In this document: piece by piece, positions 8,214 to 18,762 of the stretch
How the letters are laid out: the number at the start of each line of letters is the position of its first letter
Position numbering within the stretch: the first letter of the stretch is position 1
Virus record (IMG/VR): IMGVR_UViG_3300028615_000137
Span: 42,350 to 106,349 of that record
DNA: 64,000 nt
Direction: 5' to 3' (one strand)
From: a virus
Translations under genes and position numbers: made by a program
Notes under the pieces: model-generated
The model's database searches: none
Told to the model about the DNA's origin: nothing
The model's input: the letters and a program-made list of their open reading frames with translations, nothing else

Positions 8214-10859
8214 ATGGCATTAAATAACTTAGGTTTAGGTCTAGTATTTACTGCTAAAAATTTCGCTTCTCCTGTTATTTTAAAAATTAACAGAGATTTA
8301 AGCTTTCTTGAGAAACGAGCCAATAAAAGTGGTTCAAAAATAAGCAAAGCATTTCAAGGCATCGGAACTGCTGCACTCGGTGCTTCTGCCGCTTTAGGAG
8401 TAGGCGGATTGTTGGGAACCTTTGGTTCTCTCGAAGCTGCTAAAGTTGGTGGCCGCTTTGCTCAAGGCTTGGCAAAATTGGGCAATATTTCCATGGCAAC
8501 AGCGGGGCAGTTAGATGCCATGGGCGAAAAGGCGTTTGAAACTGCTATTAAAACTCAATTCTCTCCCGATCAAGCCATTGAAGGCATGACCGAACTAGCA
8601 CAACAAGGGTTTGCTGCTAGAGAGGCGATGGAAGCTTTAAATCCGGTAATGGATTTGGCAGCCGGTGGCCAATTGAGCGTAGCGCAATCTTCGGCCACCG
8701 TTGGTGCTGCCCTAAACGCCTTCAGCCTATCCGCCGAACATTCTACAGAAGTAACAGATAAAATGTTCCGCATTACCCAGCTAACGGCTTTAAAAGCCGA
8801 TGAATTAGAAGGTGTAATGGGTAAATTGGGCAGAACTGTAGGTATTACTGGGCAGTCTATAGACAATGCGCTGATTTCCGTAGGGTTTATACGTTCTACT
8901 GGTGTTCAGGCAACTGAAGCTGCAAACGCCGTGAGCAGAGCTTTGATCGAAGTCTCTAAAAAGGCTGATGATTTTCGAGCATTGGGCATTGAAGTAACTG
9001 ATGTTAATGGAAAGTTTAGGGCCTTACCAGCTATTTTGCTAGACATGAAAAAGGGCTTAGCCGGAAGCAGAGACGAAGCCGAGCGAGCTAAGAAAGCATA
9101 TGCTCTGTTGGGCAGATTTGGCGTTTCTGCCTTTGCAGCGCTAGAATCGAGACTTAAAAAAGGCATAGTCGATCGTAAAACTGGCAAGACCTTATACGGC
9201 ATTGATGCACTAGAATTGATGCAAAGGCAAATGGCCGATGCTTCCGGCACAGCTAAAAAGTTCAGAGACGATTTTCTAAATACATTCACCGGGCAAGGTG
9301 TATTACTTAGAGGCGCCGCGCAAGGTATAGCAGTGGCAGTAGGCGAACCTTTCGCCAAAATTTTAAAACCTTTGGTCGGCGGTTTGGTAGACGTATTTTC
9401 ATTCTTGGCTAAAAATATTAGAGCGCTGCCTTCACCTCTAAAGAAAATTATTGCTGCGTTCATTGCATTTACTTCTGTAACAATGTTACTAGTAGCAGCT
9501 TTAGGAATTTTGACAGTGGCCATTGGCGCCTTGATGGCTTTTGCAGCGCCAATCCTTCTTTTCTTTGCCAAGGCTGCGATACTACTTGCTCCACTTACTC
9601 TTTTAGTAACTGGTCTAGGATTAGGAATATTCACTTTAGCTTCTGCTTTGAATAGAGGAGCAGCCAGCAATAAATTATTAGAAAAACTAAGAATGGTTAG
9701 ACTTGTATTTTCAGGTTTAATTGATCTATTTTCTGGTAAACGTTTTAGCGAAGAAGTTTCGGCCGAGTTCAAAAAAGCAGATAGTCCAGTTGCCAAATGG
9801 ATAACAATATTGGGGCGTGCTGGATTTAAAATAGCTTCTTTCGTTATAGGAGTTAAAGAAGGGTTTGAAGCTGTATTAGACACGATGGGGCCAACAATAG
9901 ATGCATTGGTCGAGTCTCTGAGTGGTCTTTTCAAAGAAATTTTCGCTATAGATATTTCTAATATATTCGATGAAGAGGGAAGTGCTAGAGAAACTGGTCG
10001 TTCTATAGGTTTATTTATCGGCGACTTGGGTAAAAAGATTGTTCAAACTTTCACAGATGCGACCAATTGGTTCAAAAATTTCGTAAAATCTTTTAAGAAG
10101 TTTTATAAGTCTGACTTAGAGCCGATCATAGAAATATTTAAAGAATCTATGTCTTCCTTAGCTGACCATTTCGGCTCTGCAAATAAGAAGCAGAAAGGTT
10201 TTGTAATAGCTGCAAAAGCTATCATATCCGTCGTAAAAGCTGTGATGATTGTTTTCATCGCCTTTATCAAAATCCTAGACACTGCTCTAACACTCATTAA
10301 AGAAATTGCAGGGTTCATTAAATCTGTTACTCCAGGTCAAGGTTTAAGAAACCAACGAAAATTGGATAGCTCTTTCGCCCCGTATGGGCGTAAGCGCACA
10401 AGAGGATTAGATGCTTTAGATAGGTCTTTACGAGAAAGCGATCCAGACTTTAAAAATAAAGCTGCTGCGTTGGCGACTAAAGCAGAAGAAAGATTTTCTT
10501 TTTCTGACCCAACGTTGCTGAAAGAAATACTACGTAGACAAGAATTTAACAGCGGAACAGACGGCGTTGGAGAACAAGCTAAAATTGGACTACAAGTTTT
10601 AGAATTTGGAAGGTTAGATTTAGCGAGTCAGATAGCAAAAGCCAATCAAGATAAATCTTCCGTAGACTTATCTTCTATTAAAGAAAACTTGGTAGATAGC
10701 ATAGTTTCTGCTGTTAGAAGTGGTATGTCTGGTGTCCAGCTAAAATCTTCCATAAACGTCGATGGTCAATCTATCGCCAATGTCACATCTAGTGTCAACC
10801 AAAGTAATGCAGAATACTCTCACAATAACAGCAATATTGTGCACACGGAATTAGAATAA
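8214..10859 (+). CDS. tail tape measure protein (TP901-like N-terminus)
   Basis: 881 aa, Ala/Gly-rich and helical, 'TQFSPDQAIEGMTELAQQG...LAAGG', central hydrophobic stretch. Confidence 0.92.
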   Translation: MALNNLGLGLVFTAKNFASPVILKINRDLSFLEKRANKSGSKISKAFQGIGTAALGASAALGVGGLLGTFGSLEAAKVGGRFAQGLAKLGNISMATAGQLDAMGEKAFETAIKTQFSPDQAIEGMTELAQQGFAAREAMEALNPVMDLAAGGQLSVAQSSATVGAALNAFSLSAEHSTEVTDKMFRITQLTALKADELEGVMGKLGRTVGITGQSIDNALISVGFIRSTGVQATEAANAVSRALIEVSKKADDFRALGIEVTDVNGKFRALPAILLDMKKGLAGSRDEAERAKKAYALLGRFGVSAFAALESRLKKGIVDRKTGKTLYGIDALELMQRQMADASGTAKKFRDDFLNTFTGQGVLLRGAAQGIAVAVGEPFAKILKPLVGGLVDVFSFLAKNIRALPSPLKKIIAAFIAFTSVTMLLVAALGILTVAIGALMAFAAPILLFFAKAAILLAPLTLLVTGLGLGIFTLASALNRGAASNKLLEKLRMVRLVFSGLIDLFSGKRFSEEVSAEFKKADSPVAKWITILGRAGFKIASFVIGVKEGFEAVLDTMGPTIDALVESLSGLFKEIFAIDISNIFDEEGSARETGRSIGLFIGDLGKKIVQTFTDATNWFKNFVKSFKKFYKSDLEPIIEIFKESMSSLADHFGSANKKQKGFVIAAKAIISVVKAVMIVFIAFIKILDTALTLIKEIAGFIKSVTPGQGLRNQRKLDSSFAPYGRKRTRGLDALDRSLRESDPDFKNKAAALATKAEERFSFSDPTLLKEILRRQEFNSGTDGVGEQAKIGLQVLEFGRLDLASQIAKANQDKSSVDLSSIKENLVDSIVSAVRSGMSGVQLKSSINVDGQSIANVTSSVNQSNAEYSHNNSNIVHTELE

Positions 10860-10860
10860 T

Positions 10861-11490
10861 ATGGCAATCCAATTTATAGATCCTTCCAACGACGCAGAAG
10901 AAAGAGCCAAGAGAAACGATTTGAGTAATCGTTTTAGCAGCGCTGGTTCTAAGCGTATACAAAGAGTCTATTTTAGAGATTTGCGGCGAAAAGTAGATAT
11001 AGTGTTGCCATATGTGCCTAATAAAGTATCAGAAACAATTCTAGTAGATTGGGTCCGACACAATGTAGTTGGTATGTCACATCAACCGTTGCATTATGTG
11101 GGAACGCAAAATCATAGTTTTGATTCCTTGGAACTATTCTTCAAAGCTGAAAGTACAGAAGATGTTACTAACATTGCCGAAGGGCGACGAAACTTAATGG
11201 CAGCTTGTTACCCTCTTAATGTCAACACAGACGTTGAAAGGGGTTCAGCTTCTAGATTGCTATTTATTTGGCCAAATTTATTCTCTATGACTTGTGTAAT
11301 AAAAAGTCTCAGAATTACACATGAAAAATTCAATCATGAAGGTCAGCCGGTCCAATTTAGAGCCGTACTTTCCTTGGAAGAAATAAGAGATGTAAGATTA
11401 GGTTCCGAAGAAGTTGCAAACTTTGGAACGAACAGAAGTGAAACTACCAGTTCGACAGACCCATTCGACCCTAACTTAAATTTCGAATAA
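10861..11490 (+). CDS. tail tube initiator / CIS tube-like baseplate protein
   Basis: 'P..VSE...VDW....VVG...QPLHY', 'LFIWP...CVIKSL...EKF...G.P' pattern, downstream of the tape measure. Confidence 0.7.
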   Translation: MAIQFIDPSNDAEERAKRNDLSNRFSSAGSKRIQRVYFRDLRRKVDIVLPYVPNKVSETILVDWVRHNVVGMSHQPLHYVGTQNHSFDSLELFFKAESTEDVTNIAEGRRNLMAACYPLNVNTDVERGSASRLLFIWPNLFSMTCVIKSLRITHEKFNHEGQPVQFRAVLSLEEIRDVRLGSEEVANFGTNRSETTSSTDPFDPNLNFE

Positions 11491-11831
11491 TGCCTCCCAG
11501 AAAATATTCAAAATTTACATTCAGCGATGGATATAATTTCGACGAAGAAAAGGTGATTCTTACTACACCCTTTCCTTTTCGTTATAAAAATTTCAAAGAC
11601 AATCGCATTTATACTACAAGCGAAGGCGATACTCTATTCCATATTGCAGGAATTATGTTCCGAGGCTTACCTAGACCAGTCGGCCTATGGTGGATCATAA
11701 TGCATTTTCAACCAGAACCTATTCACGACCCTACTATCAAATTTCCCGCTGGAACCAGATTAGTTATTCCTAGTATAAGAACGGTAGAAGAAGAAATTTT
11801 TAACGAAACTAGACGTGATAGAGAAGAATAA
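11490..11831 (+). CDS. LysM-like baseplate protein (P2 gpX-like)
   Basis: 'YTTSEGDTLFHIA...LWWII...N/Q...DP...G..LVIP' motif. Confidence 0.8.
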   Translation: MPPRKYSKFTFSDGYNFDEEKVILTTPFPFRYKNFKDNRIYTTSEGDTLFHIAGIMFRGLPRPVGLWWIIMHFQPEPIHDPTIKFPAGTRLVIPSIRTVEEEIFNETRRDREE

Positions 11832-13153
11832 TGACTTATGATGCACCATATTACACCATTAAAGTGGTGCCAAAAAATGGCGATCCTGTAAGGGTTGTTA
11901 CAGACAAAATTAAATCTTTTAGATTTTTGGATGCTGAAAGAAAGACTGATACATGTACCTTTACAGTAGATAATTTCAACTTAGAAAATTTTGACGATCC
12001 TTTGTTTCGCAAAGGACAACATTTAGAAATAAGTTGGGGTTACAAAGGCCGTTCTGCCCTGACAAGAAAAGCTTGTATAGTAAAAGTTAGCGGCTTTCAC
12101 ATACTCACTGTAGAAGCACGTTCTATTTCTATCATCATGAATACGGAACAAAAAACTCGTTGCTTCGAGAATATGACAGATTCTCAAGTTGTTAGAAAAA
12201 TTCTAAACGACGATTATCCAGGAATTTTTGCACAGAGAGAACTTTTCATCCAAGAAACCAATGAAGTCGAAGAAGTGATTACGCAAGCTGGTAAAACAGA
12301 CGCGCAAATGTTTCGCCGCTTAGCTGCGAGAAATGGTTACGAATTCTACGTCGACCACGAAGGGTTTCACTGGAAGCCTAGAAACCTAAACCAACGACCT
12401 ATCAGAACTTATACTTGGTACGGTCCAAACAATAATCTTGGTGCCATCTTAGATTATCCTACAATAGAAAATGATATTACTGGAAAATTAGTACATGTAG
12501 TAACAAAAAGTAGAAATCCGGAAACCAAAAAAGATGTCACTGTAGAAACTGGTCAAGACGACGAAGATATCCTTTCCTTGTCCGAAGGCGCAGATATTTG
12601 CGATAATTACACAAAAGAAGATTGCAAGAGATTAATAGAATCTAGAGTTGCTAAAAAGCAAATAAGAAACACTCAATCTACGTCAGAATCTAGAGCAAAA
12701 AAAGAAAATGTTGCTAGAATAAAGCGTTCTACACATTTGACAATAAAGATGACCTTAACTGTTCTCGGCGATCCTTTCGTCTACGCCAAGAGTGTGGTTC
12801 AAATTTTCGGAATGGGGAAGCGCTTATCAAATCTATATTATGTCACCGATGTTGAACACGTTATAGACCAAAGTGGTTACAAGACAATTTTGAAATTAAA
12901 AGGTGATGGCCACGGTGGCTGGGCCAAGCGGAGTAAATTGGCAGTTGGCCTTAGCCATATTGATAACGGCGATAAAAAGAGAAACCCAAAAAATAACAAA
13001 AGAAAACAAGAAGATCCGGGGCAAAGTACAGAAGATACAAGACTCAACCCTGTTACATTGTCGAGCGACAATTACGAAAATAGTAAAAAGGTCACACAAT
13101 ATATACAATCTAATGCTGTTCAACAATCTGTTCCGGAAAGCGATGTATGCTAA
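11831..13153 (+). CDS. baseplate hub protein (P2 gpD / late control D family)
   Basis: 'DTCTFTVDN...G..LEISWGY', 'Q..KTD..MFRRLA..NGY.F', 'GDP', 'YYVTDVEH....GY.T'. Confidence 0.85.
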   Translation: MTYDAPYYTIKVVPKNGDPVRVVTDKIKSFRFLDAERKTDTCTFTVDNFNLENFDDPLFRKGQHLEISWGYKGRSALTRKACIVKVSGFHILTVEARSISIIMNTEQKTRCFENMTDSQVVRKILNDDYPGIFAQRELFIQETNEVEEVITQAGKTDAQMFRRLAARNGYEFYVDHEGFHWKPRNLNQRPIRTYTWYGPNNNLGAILDYPTIENDITGKLVHVVTKSRNPETKKDVTVETGQDDEDILSLSEGADICDNYTKEDCKRLIESRVAKKQIRNTQSTSESRAKKENVARIKRSTHLTIKMTLTVLGDPFVYAKSVVQIFGMGKRLSNLYYVTDVEHVIDQSGYKTILKLKGDGHGGWAKRSKLAVGLSHIDNGDKKRNPKNNKRKQEDPGQSTEDTRLNPVTLSSDNYENSKKVTQYIQSNAVQQSVPESDVC

Positions 13154-13737
13154 TTACTAGAGACCCAGTATTAGAACCAGGTGAACCGTTATATGGTTTG
13201 TATGTCGGTTCGATTGTAAATCGCAACGATCCTAAAGGTTTGGGTCGTGTCAGAGTACATATACCAGGAATTACAGCACCGGAAGGAAGTGCTTGGGCTT
13301 GGCCTTTGGGCCAATCTGGCTCAGGTGGCGGTTCTATAAACGGTCAAAAATCTAGGCAAGGATTCTTCAACATCCCAGAATTGGGCGCCGAAGTTGCGGT
13401 ATTATTCAACCAAGGCGACGAAGATTACCCATATTATTTGACAGGAAACTGGGGAAGAGACGAAGTACCGGAAGCCACGGAAGGCGGAAATCCGGACATC
13501 CGAGTCATGGAATTTGGTCAATATGCCATTGTAATCGATGACAGGCCAGAGACTAGGAGTTTTGCCATTTTAGACAAAGACGGAGATGCGAGGGTAGAAT
13601 TTAATGGTGTAACCAAACAAATGCTAATAGAAACGCCCACTTCTATAACTCTTCGAGCAACTGGAGAGATAGAACTGGACGCTTTGAATATTGTACTTAA
13701 TGGAAGGCCAGTTTTGGTCTCGGATGATCCAATATAA
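13147..13737 (+). CDS. baseplate spike protein (gpV/gp5 OB-fold)
   Basis: 'NDPKGLGRVRV.IP...SAWA...IPELGAEVAVLFNQGD...P'. Confidence 0.9.
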   Translation: MLITRDPVLEPGEPLYGLYVGSIVNRNDPKGLGRVRVHIPGITAPEGSAWAWPLGQSGSGGGSINGQKSRQGFFNIPELGAEVAVLFNQGDEDYPYYLTGNWGRDEVPEATEGGNPDIRVMEFGQYAIVIDDRPETRSFAILDKDGDARVEFNGVTKQMLIETPTSITLRATGEIELDALNIVLNGRPVLVSDDPI

Positions 13738-14450
13738 TGGCGGCGAATCAAGTCATAGTAAATTGTCCGGATTTACCAGTAGTAGCTAGGGATAAATGTC
13801 TAAGATTTCCCGGTGGCGTAGAAATTTGTCCAAACTTACCAGATTTAGTACCCAATGGCACGCAAATTGCAAGTAGCATTCTTTCACAAGCCAATGCTGC
13901 GTTAGCCCCTTTGTCTCCAATCTTCACTATCATAGAAGTGGTCATAGCCATTATGGAAGTGCTCAAAGCCATTCCTAAGGCCATTTCTCAACTTTCCCCT
14001 AGTCCGATACTAAGTGCTCTGAGTGATGCTATCAAAGCGGCTGCTAAGTTGCTTAAATTGCTACCCGTATTGTCTATTCCGTCCACAGTATACGATTTAA
14101 TTAGTTGTGTAATCGATCAACTAAAAGCATTACAAATTGAGTTGGGTAGATTACTATCACAAAGTTTAAAAATTACTGCCGCTAGAGCTGATGCCGTAGG
14201 TAATGTTCCTCTAATTGCCCTTATCGATTGCGCTGAAGGAAACTTAAATGTTCAATTTTTGAACATGAAAGAAAGATACGAGCCACTACTTAGATTAGTA
14301 AGTATCATTAACGATTTACTAGATCTAATCGGTCTACCCCCATTACCACTGGTTCAATTGGGAGACAGTATCGAAGAAGCCTTAGAAATTATCGACCCTC
14401 TTGTGAGCACATTAGAATCTGCTCGGGATGCTATTCCTCTTGCCTGTTGA
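13737..14450 (+). CDS. hypothetical helical, Leu/Pro-rich baseplate-region protein
   Basis: 237-aa ORF translationally coupled to the spike gene. Confidence 0.55.
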   Translation: MAANQVIVNCPDLPVVARDKCLRFPGGVEICPNLPDLVPNGTQIASSILSQANAALAPLSPIFTIIEVVIAIMEVLKAIPKAISQLSPSPILSALSDAIKAAAKLLKLLPVLSIPSTVYDLISCVIDQLKALQIELGRLLSQSLKITAARADAVGNVPLIALIDCAEGNLNVQFLNMKERYEPLLRLVSIINDLLDLIGLPPLPLVQLGDSIEEALEIIDPLVSTLESARDAIPLAC

Positions 14451-14952
14451 ATCTAAATATACTCTCGTTACTCCTTCTGGTAGCAGTCCTGGATCAGGCT
14501 CTACTAGTATTCCATCATTACCATCTTTTCCAGAATTTATTGGTAAAGGATTAATTACACCATTTCTACGTGCATCGAACGACATTCAAAATAGCGATTC
14601 TATCGACGTCATTCAATCGAATATTTCTCAAATTTTAGGCACTAGGAAAAACGACGAGGTAAAAGCTGGAGAATTGCCCTGGAGAGATGACTTCGGTTCC
14701 CTATTGTATGAATTACGTCATGTACAAAACGACGTAATTGCTCAAGAATTGGCAAAAGTACATGTAATAGATGCTATATCCAGATGGGAACCGAGGGTAA
14801 GAATCAAAAGAGTCTTTCTCGATCGTGTCAAGGATAAAGAAAATAACGAGACAATTTTGGAAATAAAAATTTTGTACGATATAGTGTCGACAAATCCGAA
14901 TCGAAACAATGTAATCGTACCAGATGTGAATCAAACTATTTTTACATCTTAG
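14428..14952 (+). CDS. baseplate wedge protein (GPW/gp25 family)
   Basis: 'IQSNISQILGT...GE...RDDFGS.L...AISRWEPRV'; true start may be TTG near 14440. Confidence 0.9.
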   Translation: MLFLLPVESKYTLVTPSGSSPGSGSTSIPSLPSFPEFIGKGLITPFLRASNDIQNSDSIDVIQSNISQILGTRKNDEVKAGELPWRDDFGSLLYELRHVQNDVIAQELAKVHVIDAISRWEPRVRIKRVFLDRVKDKENNETILEIKILYDIVSTNPNRNNVIVPDVNQTIFTS

Positions 14953-14980
14953 TGTTACAATAATAAGAATAGTTGTACTT

Positions 14981-16486
14981 ATGGCAATTTTAGGACAAAA
15001 CACAGATTATACGGATGCCGATTTCGATTCGTTACGAATTCGTCTATTCAATTTGATTCAGTCCGTGTTTCCGGATTGGACAGAACAAAATGTTGCAAAT
15101 TTCGGCAATATTTTGATCGAATTATATGCTTTCGTGGGCGACGTTTTGTGTACTTATCAAAACAACCAAGCACTAGAATCTAGATGGACCTTAACCACAC
15201 AGCGCAAGAATCTGGTCGCTTTAGCTAAGCTAATTGGTTATACCCCCTCTGGAGCTACTGCGTCTCAAGTAGATTTAAATATTTCTATCAATTCTGTAGC
15301 TCCTGCCGATGTTGACTATCCGGCGGGTAGCATTTTCAGAACTTCTGATATAGTCAATCCAGTTACGTTTCGATTGTTAAACGACGAGACTATTACAGCT
15401 GGGCAACTTTCTATAACTGCAACCGCGGAAAATTCCGAACCACACGAAGAAATTTTTGACTCGACAGAAAAACCAGATCAAAAAATAACATTAACAGCTA
15501 CACCGTTCTTAGACGATTCGGAAGAAATCGTAGCCGACAACGGGACTTACGAAAAAGTAGATAGCTTTTTAGATAGTGCATCTACCGATTTGCATTATAC
15601 CGTTTCCGTGAATCAAAACGATAAAGCTACCATCACTTTCGGCAATGGAATATCTGGCGCTATTCCCGTCGGTGCAATAGCTATAAATTATAAAACTGGT
15701 GGTGGTACGGCAGGTCAAGTAGATGCTAATACGGTTACTATTGTTCAAGGCTCGTATTCGGACAATTTGGGCAACCCCGTTATTACTTCTGTAAACAACC
15801 CCAGTCCATCTACGCCCGCTGTAGACAGAGAAAATATTGCACAAATAAAAGTTGCTGCGCCCAATTCGATCAAAGTGGTAAATCGAACAGTGGCCAGAGA
15901 AGATTTCGAAATCAATGCCAATAAGCTATCTTCCGTGGCTCGCTCTTTGATGTTGACTTCGGACCAAGATCCTTCCATCGACGAGAACACCGGTTTCTTG
16001 TTTGTCATTCCTGAAGGCGGAGGCTTGCCAACTCAACAAATTAAAGACGATGTATTGGCTCAAGTTACTGAAACTTTTCCAAGTACTTTAACCTTTCAAG
16101 TTAATGTCGTCGATCCGTTATATTTTCCAGTCGACGTAGCTGCTACAATTTATTTTACCCCTGGCAGTAATCCAGAAACTGTGAAAAATTCGATCATTAC
16201 TAATCTGACTAATTACTTTGCAATAAAAAATTCCGATGGCACTATAAACGAAAACGTTGGGTTTGGATATGACTTCGTAGAAGAAGTAGGAGCTTCTACA
16301 GGCGCATTACCCCTGTCAGATATTTACAACGTTGTCAGAGATACAATAGGCGTTAGAAAAATTTCTTCCATACCGAACGATTTCACATTGAACGAAGTGC
16401 ATGCTGATGTCGAATTCTTGCTAAAAGAATTCGTTACTCTCGGCGAAGTTACGATCATTAACGGAGATACTGGTAGCCAAGTTTAA
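14981..16486 (+). CDS. baseplate J-like wedge protein (T4 gp6-like)
   Basis: 'DYTDADFDSLR...PDWT...NFG..LIEL.A', 'FGNGISGAIP', 'Y.TGGG..G', 'RTVAREDFE'. Confidence 0.92.
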   Translation: MAILGQNTDYTDADFDSLRIRLFNLIQSVFPDWTEQNVANFGNILIELYAFVGDVLCTYQNNQALESRWTLTTQRKNLVALAKLIGYTPSGATASQVDLNISINSVAPADVDYPAGSIFRTSDIVNPVTFRLLNDETITAGQLSITATAENSEPHEEIFDSTEKPDQKITLTATPFLDDSEEIVADNGTYEKVDSFLDSASTDLHYTVSVNQNDKATITFGNGISGAIPVGAIAINYKTGGGTAGQVDANTVTIVQGSYSDNLGNPVITSVNNPSPSTPAVDRENIAQIKVAAPNSIKVVNRTVAREDFEINANKLSSVARSLMLTSDQDPSIDENTGFLFVIPEGGGLPTQQIKDDVLAQVTETFPSTLTFQVNVVDPLYFPVDVAATIYFTPGSNPETVKNSIITNLTNYFAIKNSDGTINENVGFGYDFVEEVGASTGALPLSDIYNVVRDTIGVRKISSIPNDFTLNEVHADVEFLLKEFVTLGEVTIINGDTGSQV

Positions 16487-18033
16487 TGCCAAACACTTTC
16501 CAAAACAAAAGCTTCGAAGCTGAAAATCCATCTTTGCTCGGCACGCCTGAAGATTGGAACGAGAGTGTTGTTTCTAACGGCATGCGACAAGCTTTGTACG
16601 GAATTGGCGAAGGACCGGATTATAAACCGCCTTATGAACAATTTGAGAACGATTGGAACAATCTATCTTACTTGTTTTTGTTCGACGATTTAGACTTAGA
16701 CGTAGCTACATACGATTCTTCGATAGTTTTGGAAGATTTTGAAGACTATGAAGAAGGTTGGTTTAACAATCAAGATTATCTATTTGAGCTGGTTTCGATC
16801 CAAGCTTTCGTAAATGACGGTCAAGCTTTCATAGATAGTAGTATTTCAGATACTTATAATCTTCCCGATGGAACGAATCATTCTATCACTACTGATTTAG
16901 GTACAGCCAACACGGGGACGATTGTTGGCGATATTGCGAAATATACCACTTCTGGATTTACGGATCCTACTCTATTTTCTGGCCAAGAATCGATAGATAT
17001 AACAATTGGCACAATTTTCGAAGCAGAAACTAGAACAGTAATCTTCTTTATTGCAGATCAAACCATTAACGATGTGGTCACCAGGATAAACAACGTTATC
17101 AACCCTCTTGTTGGAACTTCAATTGGGGAAGCGTTTATAGACGGCTCCGAAATTCGTTTCGAGGCAATAGAAAAGGGGACCGATAGCTTTCTTTTGATTG
17201 AGGGAGACCCGGCTGTAATGACCATTTTAGGTCTAGCTTCCTTTCCGCCGCAGGGAGTTAATGGTACTGGTAACGTAGGTAATTTATCTGAAATAACTAC
17301 TGAAGATTTAATCAACGCTCTGAATACTCCCGCGCTTGAAACTATCGGTGTAGGAATAACATACGGAGAAAGCACCGATGTTCTTAGATTTTCCAGAACA
17401 CAACATGGTACAGGGACTATAGAATTTGATTCTCCTGGTAGCGACCTTACTACTGCTTTAGGCATAACAACGGGTGTTACTGTCGGACCTACAGGAATTT
17501 CTCCTGTCGACGAAACAACTTTTGAACAAGAGTGGAACAATACCGATTACGATTTTGCTATTGGTTCGCTGGACGCCGCAGGAACGCAAACTTTCGAGCC
17601 CGGCAACGGTTGGTCTAATGATACATATCAATATGTACTTGGTAGCACAGATAGAGCCGAATATTACAACGATACGAGAGACCAGGAAGATTTCGAAGAT
17701 TTGGCTTCTCCATTCGACTTTATTAGCACCCTACCCAACTTTGCTATAGGTGAAATTACTATCCCAAGCCATGGCCTTAACGTGGGTGAAAGAGTAGCAT
17801 TCCTAAATGAAGGTGGAAGATTACCGAGTGGTATGTCAGATAGTCCGGTAGAATCTGGTGAAGGTGGGAAAACAGAATATCCTTATGTAGTAGAATCTGT
17901 TGTTACACCAAATATAATCACTTTGAACAGTTTTGTAGGTGGGCCATTAGTCACATTTGACGATGCTGGCACCGGTGTACACTATCTTCTGAAAGATACT
18001 AACCTTTACTGGACGAAAAAACTAAACATTTAA
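16486..18033 (+). CDS. putative baseplate/tail-associated structural protein
   Basis: Acidic 515-aa ORF inside the baseplate operon; repeated 'FE..W.N..Y' segments and a module shared with the sheath insert. Confidence 0.55.
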   Translation: MPNTFQNKSFEAENPSLLGTPEDWNESVVSNGMRQALYGIGEGPDYKPPYEQFENDWNNLSYLFLFDDLDLDVATYDSSIVLEDFEDYEEGWFNNQDYLFELVSIQAFVNDGQAFIDSSISDTYNLPDGTNHSITTDLGTANTGTIVGDIAKYTTSGFTDPTLFSGQESIDITIGTIFEAETRTVIFFIADQTINDVVTRINNVINPLVGTSIGEAFIDGSEIRFEAIEKGTDSFLLIEGDPAVMTILGLASFPPQGVNGTGNVGNLSEITTEDLINALNTPALETIGVGITYGESTDVLRFSRTQHGTGTIEFDSPGSDLTTALGITTGVTVGPTGISPVDETTFEQEWNNTDYDFAIGSLDAAGTQTFEPGNGWSNDTYQYVLGSTDRAEYYNDTRDQEDFEDLASPFDFISTLPNFAIGEITIPSHGLNVGERVAFLNEGGRLPSGMSDSPVESGEGGKTEYPYVVESVVTPNIITLNSFVGGPLVTFDDAGTGVHYLLKDTNLYWTKKLNI

Positions 18034-18045
18034 GGTAAATATAAA

Positions 18046-18762
18046 ATGGCCGAGAGCGATTACACATTATTGGATGATTCATTGGACATTAGCAGCATCG
18101 ATAGAGGAGTTACAGCCGGCGTCGCTCCCCCCAATTCTGCTGGCTCCAATAACTTTGTCTTTGGTTTCAATTCGAAAGTCACGGCAGACGGCGCGGCAGG
18201 TTTGTTTACAAATCAAGTAAATTTTGCGCCGATGACCAAAGGTGGCAGTATCCGCGGAGCTATTAAACGGGGTCTCAGTGGAGGAAATACGGGATTTGCT
18301 CCGATGCTATTTCTGGGGCTTCAAGGCACATCCGTTTTAGACAACGGTTATATTCTCGGTATAGCAGACGGGGACCCATCACATATAACCCTCAAAAAGG
18401 GTTCATTGGCTACCGGATTACCTGATCTGAATCCGGATCCAGATGGAGCTAACGGAATTCTACTTCAAAGTGTTAAGACAGTCGATATCGACGAATGGGT
18501 GCACGTTCGTTTAGATATGATTGTTAACACAAACGGCGACGTAATTCTTCAATGCTTTGAAAATGATCTAAATGTCAATCCAATCGGCGATCCACCTTCT
18601 TGGACTCCCATAGTTGGCATGGAGCAAATAATCGACGACGCTTTGGAAGTTACAACGGGTTCTGCCGCTTTCACAAGTGGTAGGGCAGGCTTCGCTTTCC
18701 ATAGTACAGATATTACCAGACGTGGTTATTTCGATCATATTGAAATTTTTAGACAACTGTAA
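18046..18762 (+). CDS. putative tail-associated beta-sandwich (lectin-like) protein
   Basis: 'WVHVRLDM', 'SGRAGF', 'YFDHIEI' ConA-like pattern; synteny. Confidence 0.5.
   Translation: MAESDYTLLDDSLDISSIDRGVTAGVAPPNSAGSNNFVFGFNSKVTADGAAGLFTNQVNFAPMTKGGSIRGAIKRGLSGGNTGFAPMLFLGLQGTSVLDNGYILGIADGDPSHITLKKGSLATGLPDLNPDPDGANGILLQSVKTVDIDEWVHVRLDMIVNTNGDVILQCFENDLNVNPIGDPPSWTPIVGMEQIIDDALEVTTGSAAFTSGRAGFAFHSTDITRRGYFDHIEIFRQL

Noticed and set aside
8906-9934. 342-aa minus-strand ORF
   Set aside because: Antisense shadow of the tape measure gene with no motifs; the other minus-strand ORFs in the track were rejected likewise
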